IMG/VR virus record: IMGVR_UViG_3300014656_000022
Span: 9,544 to 73,543 of that record
Source: a virus
Taxonomy: Duplodnaviria; Caudoviricetes
Reading direction: 5' to 3' (one strand)
DNA: 64,000 bases
The translations under genes and the position numbers were made by a program. Positions 61,507-64,000 of the stretch are shown here, in pieces. Positions within the stretch are counted from its first letter, which is position 1; every line of letters starts with the position of its first letter. The notes under the pieces were generated by a model. The model was not told the origin of the DNA. It did no database searches and worked only from the letters and a program-made list of their open reading frames with translations.

Positions 61507-62230
61507 CGATTATATCCTGAGGAGAAAGAGCTGGTTGACCTCCTGAATCCATCGTTCTCTGTAATTCTCTCAGTTTTGCATGAAGTAGGGCCTGTTGAGA
61601 TGAAGTGTCAGAATCATCTCTCTGTTTGAGAGCAGCTTCCTTCTTATACTTCTCTTGTCTATCCCCGACCATTAGTTTGATTATCTTTGATTTACGGGCA
61701 AGAAGCTTTTCTCTTATCTCTATGAAAGGAGAAATCTGTTTCTGAACTACTGGGAGACCTTCTCTATTTACCCCCACGGTTTGGTCAATAATCATCTCCG
61801 CATTTCCTGGTTTCGCGAGGGACATATTAATTCTCATCAATCTAATCTCTATCTCAGCTAATTCATTCACATATCCAATTTCAGTAAAGTTCTCTGGATC
61901 TACATCATATTCCTCAAAGTATCTGATTGCCCATTCCTTGAGAAGCTGACTTTCTAAAATGCAAACTTTTCCTACGGGAGATTTCCCTATCTGAGAAAGA
62001 GGACATCTTTCAGCGAAGGGACAGAAATCTGTTCCTCCACAAAATATTGGCACCATAGCAAAGGAACCAGTAGATAGCTTCTGAAGATGCTTCTGAATAC
62101 GAAGAGCTTCCTTTTCGGTGAGCTGCAACTCGTACTCATCCAAATCATGCTTCAAAAAACGGAGATAGGTCTTCTTAGTTAACTTCTCTGATATCTCAAC
62201 CTTCTCAATAGGGACTAACTCTTTACTCAT
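61478..62230 (-). CDS. Hypothetical protein with Cys cluster, possible terminase small subunit
   Basis: C-x5-C-x5-C-x12-C cluster then helical region; near the operon start upstream of terL; terS call is positional only. Confidence 0.4.
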   Translation of the reverse strand: MSKELVPIEKVEISEKLTKKTYLRFLKHDLDEYELQLTEKEALRIQKHLQKLSTGSFAMVPIFCGGTDFCPFAERCPLSQIGKSPVGKVCILESQLLKEWAIRYFEEYDVDPENFTEIGYVNELAEIEIRLMRINMSLAKPGNAEMIIDQTVGVNREGLPVVQKQISPFIEIREKLLARKSKIIKLMVGDRQEKYKKEAALKQRDDSDTSSQQALLHAKLRELQRTMDSGGQPALSPQDIIDAEWEGPGE

Positions 62231-62477
62231 TAGGAGTCCTACCTTCCACTACATCAACAATGTCATGAATCTCTATTATCCTATCACGAATCTCTTCATA
62301 GTCCTCACTTGTAAATAAATCTAGAGACCTCTGATAATCCTTACAATTCTGTCCCATTATCCTTCTCAAATGATAGGTTCTCTCAACCCCACTATCATCT
62401 AATCTATCCTTCAATTCAGATAGCTTTCTACGTAGTAATTCTAATTCCTGCACTAATTGTTCTCCAGGAGTTAACAT
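62223..62477 (-). CDS. Small helical hypothetical protein, first gene of the leftward operon
   Basis: 84-aa ORF overlapping the next gene start. Confidence 0.6.
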   Translation of the reverse strand: MLTPGEQLVQELELLRRKLSELKDRLDDSGVERTYHLRRIMGQNCKDYQRSLDLFTSEDYEEIRDRIIEIHDIVDVVEGRTPNE

Positions 62478-62489
62478 GTTGAAAAGGTT

Positions 62490-62518
62490 AGCATAAAAGT
62501 TGCTCTAAAGGGAGTAAA
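62490..62518 (-). promoter_or_regulatory. Possible sigma70-like promoter for the leftward operon
   Basis: TTTACT (62518-62513), 17-nt spacer, TATGCT (62495-62490), AT-rich upstream; 12 nt before ATG with no SD. Confidence 0.35.
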
Positions 62519-62676
62519 TTTAGAAATAAAATTTCCCTATAGGGCCGAAACTGAAACATTTTCAGCAGGGTACCTATATAGATTATCCCTATCCTTGGGA
62601 CCCCTATTGTTCGAGTACCCCGGGTCGACTTTCACAGTCTATAGAAATTCTTCTTGGATTGTGAGAGTTAGACCTA

Positions 62677-62733
62677 TAACTAGGGAAGGAATTAGTTCTT
62701 TCCCGCCTTTTAAAGAAAGAGAGAGAAGAGATG
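62677..62733 (+). promoter_or_regulatory. Hairpin + purine-rich RBS leader, copy 1 (other copies about 62975-63025 and 63743-63782; RBS part only at 63457-63473)
   Basis: TTAG-containing hairpin loop followed by ttt(t)aa(a)g..gagagaagagATGAA; copies 1 and 2 also share taactagg. Confidence 0.65.
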
Positions 62734-62904
62734 AAAGAAGAACAGAAAGTTGCTCTCGTTAAGTTGTCTCATGACATCGGTCTGGTGCTTGAAGGGACGG
62801 TAGACGATGGTTCGATTATGCGCCAGGAGCTGGACGCGGCCCGGAAGAAAATCAATGAGATCCTCGGCGTCGAACGTCTGCTGATCATGTTCCCGATCGA
62901 TTAG
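62731..62904 (+). CDS. Small hypothetical protein, 57 aa (MKEEQKVALVKLSHDIG...), below the ORF-track cutoff
   Basis: Open frame from ATG 62731 to TAG 62904 with the same RBS as neighbouring genes. Confidence 0.75.
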   Translation: MKEEQKVALVKLSHDIGLVLEGTVDDGSIMRQELDAARKKINEILGVERLLIMFPID

Positions 62905-62965
62905 GCCGAAACATCAGGGTTCTACCCCCTGGTGTCTAGTGGTTATACCACTACTGATGAGGTCT
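62903..62965 (+). ncRNA. Type II hammerhead ribozyme
   Basis: aggcc-GAAA-stem III (9 bp)-GUC cleavage triplet (C62936)-stem I uagugg/ccacua-CUGAUGA-ggucu; all core nucleotides and three stems present. Confidence 0.9.
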
Positions 62966-63022
62966 CTTATCAGTTAACTAGGTGGAATGGTTAGTCTATT
63001 CCCCGCTTTAAGGAGAGAAGAG

Positions 63023-63343
63023 ATGAAGAAGACTACTCAGAACATGTTAATCGGCGCTGGTGTTGGCTTTGGTCTCGGCTGCGTGGCTGGTGTCCTTCGG
63101 ATTGGGGCTGCCTTTTGCCCCCCGGTCTGGCCTGTGGCTGATGCCATCGTCGTTGGTAGCCTGGTCTACCAGGTGAGTGATGAGAACATCGGGCTCACTG
63201 CTATCGGAGCCACGGCTGGGTTTATCATGGGCCTTGGTGAGGTTGCAGTAGCTCCCGTGTCAACTGCCCTGATGTTGGCTCAGGTCCCTCTCTGTCCCCT
63301 CTTTGGGGCAGCTCTCGGCGCCGTGATCGGCCATCAGCAGTAG
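63023..63343 (+). CDS. Small glycine-zipper membrane protein, 106 aa
   Basis: Start moved to ATG 63023 behind aaggagagaagag; several hydrophobic GxxxG helices. Confidence 0.75.
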   Translation: MKKTTQNMLIGAGVGFGLGCVAGVLRIGAAFCPPVWPVADAIVVGSLVYQVSDENIGLTAIGATAGFIMGLGEVAVAPVSTALMLAQVPLCPLFGAALGAVIGHQQ

Positions 63344-63470
63344 TACTGTCTGATTGACCCCTCAAGCACCTGGTCAAGTGGGTAAACTGACCAATCCTGG
63401 TAATGTGTATGCCCTGGTGGACCAGGGTAAGCCTATGTCAGGCAGGGGCATACATACAAGGAGAGAAGAG

Positions 63471-63701
63471 ATGAAGAAATGGAGAGTATTGTGTGATCTA
63501 CCTCAGGGTGAGATGCCCTTCTTGCAGCCCTGGCAGCAGAGGACTGCTCGTCTGCTCGACGACCTGGAGAGCATCTATCCCGTGCCCTCAGATCCAGACT
63601 TGGATAAGTTCGGTGCTCTGAGTGAGTGGGTGGATACCGCACCCTTGCTGGGTTGCGAGGTACACTTCGTGCGACAGTTCATTGCCGAGAACATCTGCTA
63701 G
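63471..63701 (+). CDS. Small hypothetical protein, 76 aa (MKKWRVLCDL...)
   Basis: Start moved to ATG 63471 behind aaggagagaagag. Confidence 0.75.
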   Translation: MKKWRVLCDLPQGEMPFLQPWQQRTARLLDDLESIYPVPSDPDLDKFGALSEWVDTAPLLGCEVHFVRQFIAENIC

Positions 63702-63713
63702 TCCCTAGCGCCT

Positions 63714-63739
63714 TGAGGGGTTAAGCAATTAGCCCCTCA
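63714..63739 (+). other. 11-bp intergenic hairpin with GCAA tetraloop
   Basis: tgaggggttaa-gcaa-ttagcccctca (one G-U pair). Confidence 0.7.
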
Positions 63740-63779
63740 CACGGTGGGAATTAGCCCATCTACTTTAAGGAGAAGAGAG

Positions 63780-63953
63780 ATGAAGAAGAACCTGTTGGAC
63801 CAGATGAGTAAGGTCTTCAACCAGTACCACTACATGTGTAGGTGCATGGATGAGGGGGATGAGAACCACTGTGATACGGTGGTGTCCCACGAGATGCACT
63901 CTTTGTTCCTCCAGATGATTGTCCTCAAGAAGATGATGGAGAATATGAAGTGA
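63780..63953 (+). CDS. Small hypothetical protein, 57 aa (MKKNLLDQM...)
   Basis: Start moved to ATG 63780 behind aaggagaagagag. Confidence 0.7.
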   Translation: MKKNLLDQMSKVFNQYHYMCRCMDEGDENHCDTVVSHEMHSLFLQMIVLKKMMENMK

Positions 63954-64000
63954 ATACTACCGTAAAGCTTCCTGAGGGGTATATCCCCCCCGGAAGTGAA
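63950..64000 (+). CDS. Start of next gene, truncated by the window (MNTTVKLPEGYIPPEV...)
   Basis: GTG overlapping the previous TGA (GTGA), ggag upstream, frame open to the end. Confidence 0.45.
   Translation, partial: MNTTVKLPEGYIPPGSE

Noticed and set aside
67-61520. Numerous 60-190 aa plus-strand ORFs and nested minus-strand ORFs in the track
   Set aside because: They lie antisense to, or inside, long motif-bearing genes and show no RBS or domain signal; treated as shadow ORFs
62543-62570. Second ggccGAAAC plus hairpin resembling another hammerhead
   Set aside because: The residue opposite A15.1 is C rather than U, and no CUGANGA follows; at best a decayed copy
63350-63460. Assigning the structured leader to twister, pistol, HDV-like or hammerhead classes
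   Set aside because: Core consensus nucleotides were not found by eye (ctgattga has an extra base and there is no GAAA); left unassigned
62987-63953. ORF-track starts at 62987, 63354 and 63744 (and 2780)
   Set aside because: Downstream ATGs sit directly behind the shared strong RBS or fit gene coupling; the extensions run through intergenic hairpins or the upstream gene
1-64000. Stop-codon reassignment, as in some large phages
   Set aside because: Genes are intact under the standard code and TAA, TAG and TGA all end genes at tight junctions
1-64000. tRNA, rRNA, CRISPR array, integrase, DGR or group I/II intron
   Set aside because: None recognised by eye and intergenic space is minimal; tRNAscan and Infernal were not run

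Overview
This window is a slice of a large myovirus-like phage genome. From 62477 to 1, one long minus-strand morphogenesis operon encodes a possible terS, a multi-enzyme cargo protein, three glycine-zipper proteins, terminase large subunit, portal, prohead protease/scaffold, major capsid, neck, sheath, three tube paralogues, two tail chaperones, a tape-measure-like protein, a hub with an M23 peptidase, baseplate and fibre genes. From about 62730, a divergent, more GC-rich plus-strand cluster of short genes begins. Highlights: (1) a 1479-aa gene between the tape-measure-like gene and the hub carries the motif series of both double-psi barrels of a two-barrel RNA polymerase, including DYDAD, so it is a candidate virion-delivered single-chain RNAP; (2) a complete type II hammerhead ribozyme lies between the first two plus-strand genes, which share a hairpin-plus-RBS leader; (3) a 1144-aa protein combines DEDDh exonuclease, caspase/CHAT-like protease and HExxH metallopeptidase motifs, joined by a duplicated 35-aa module; (4) four LAGLIDADG inteins interrupt terminase, portal, a tube paralogue and the tape-measure-like protein. 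All calls come from manual motif reading and gene order. No database search was run, so novelty is unverified.
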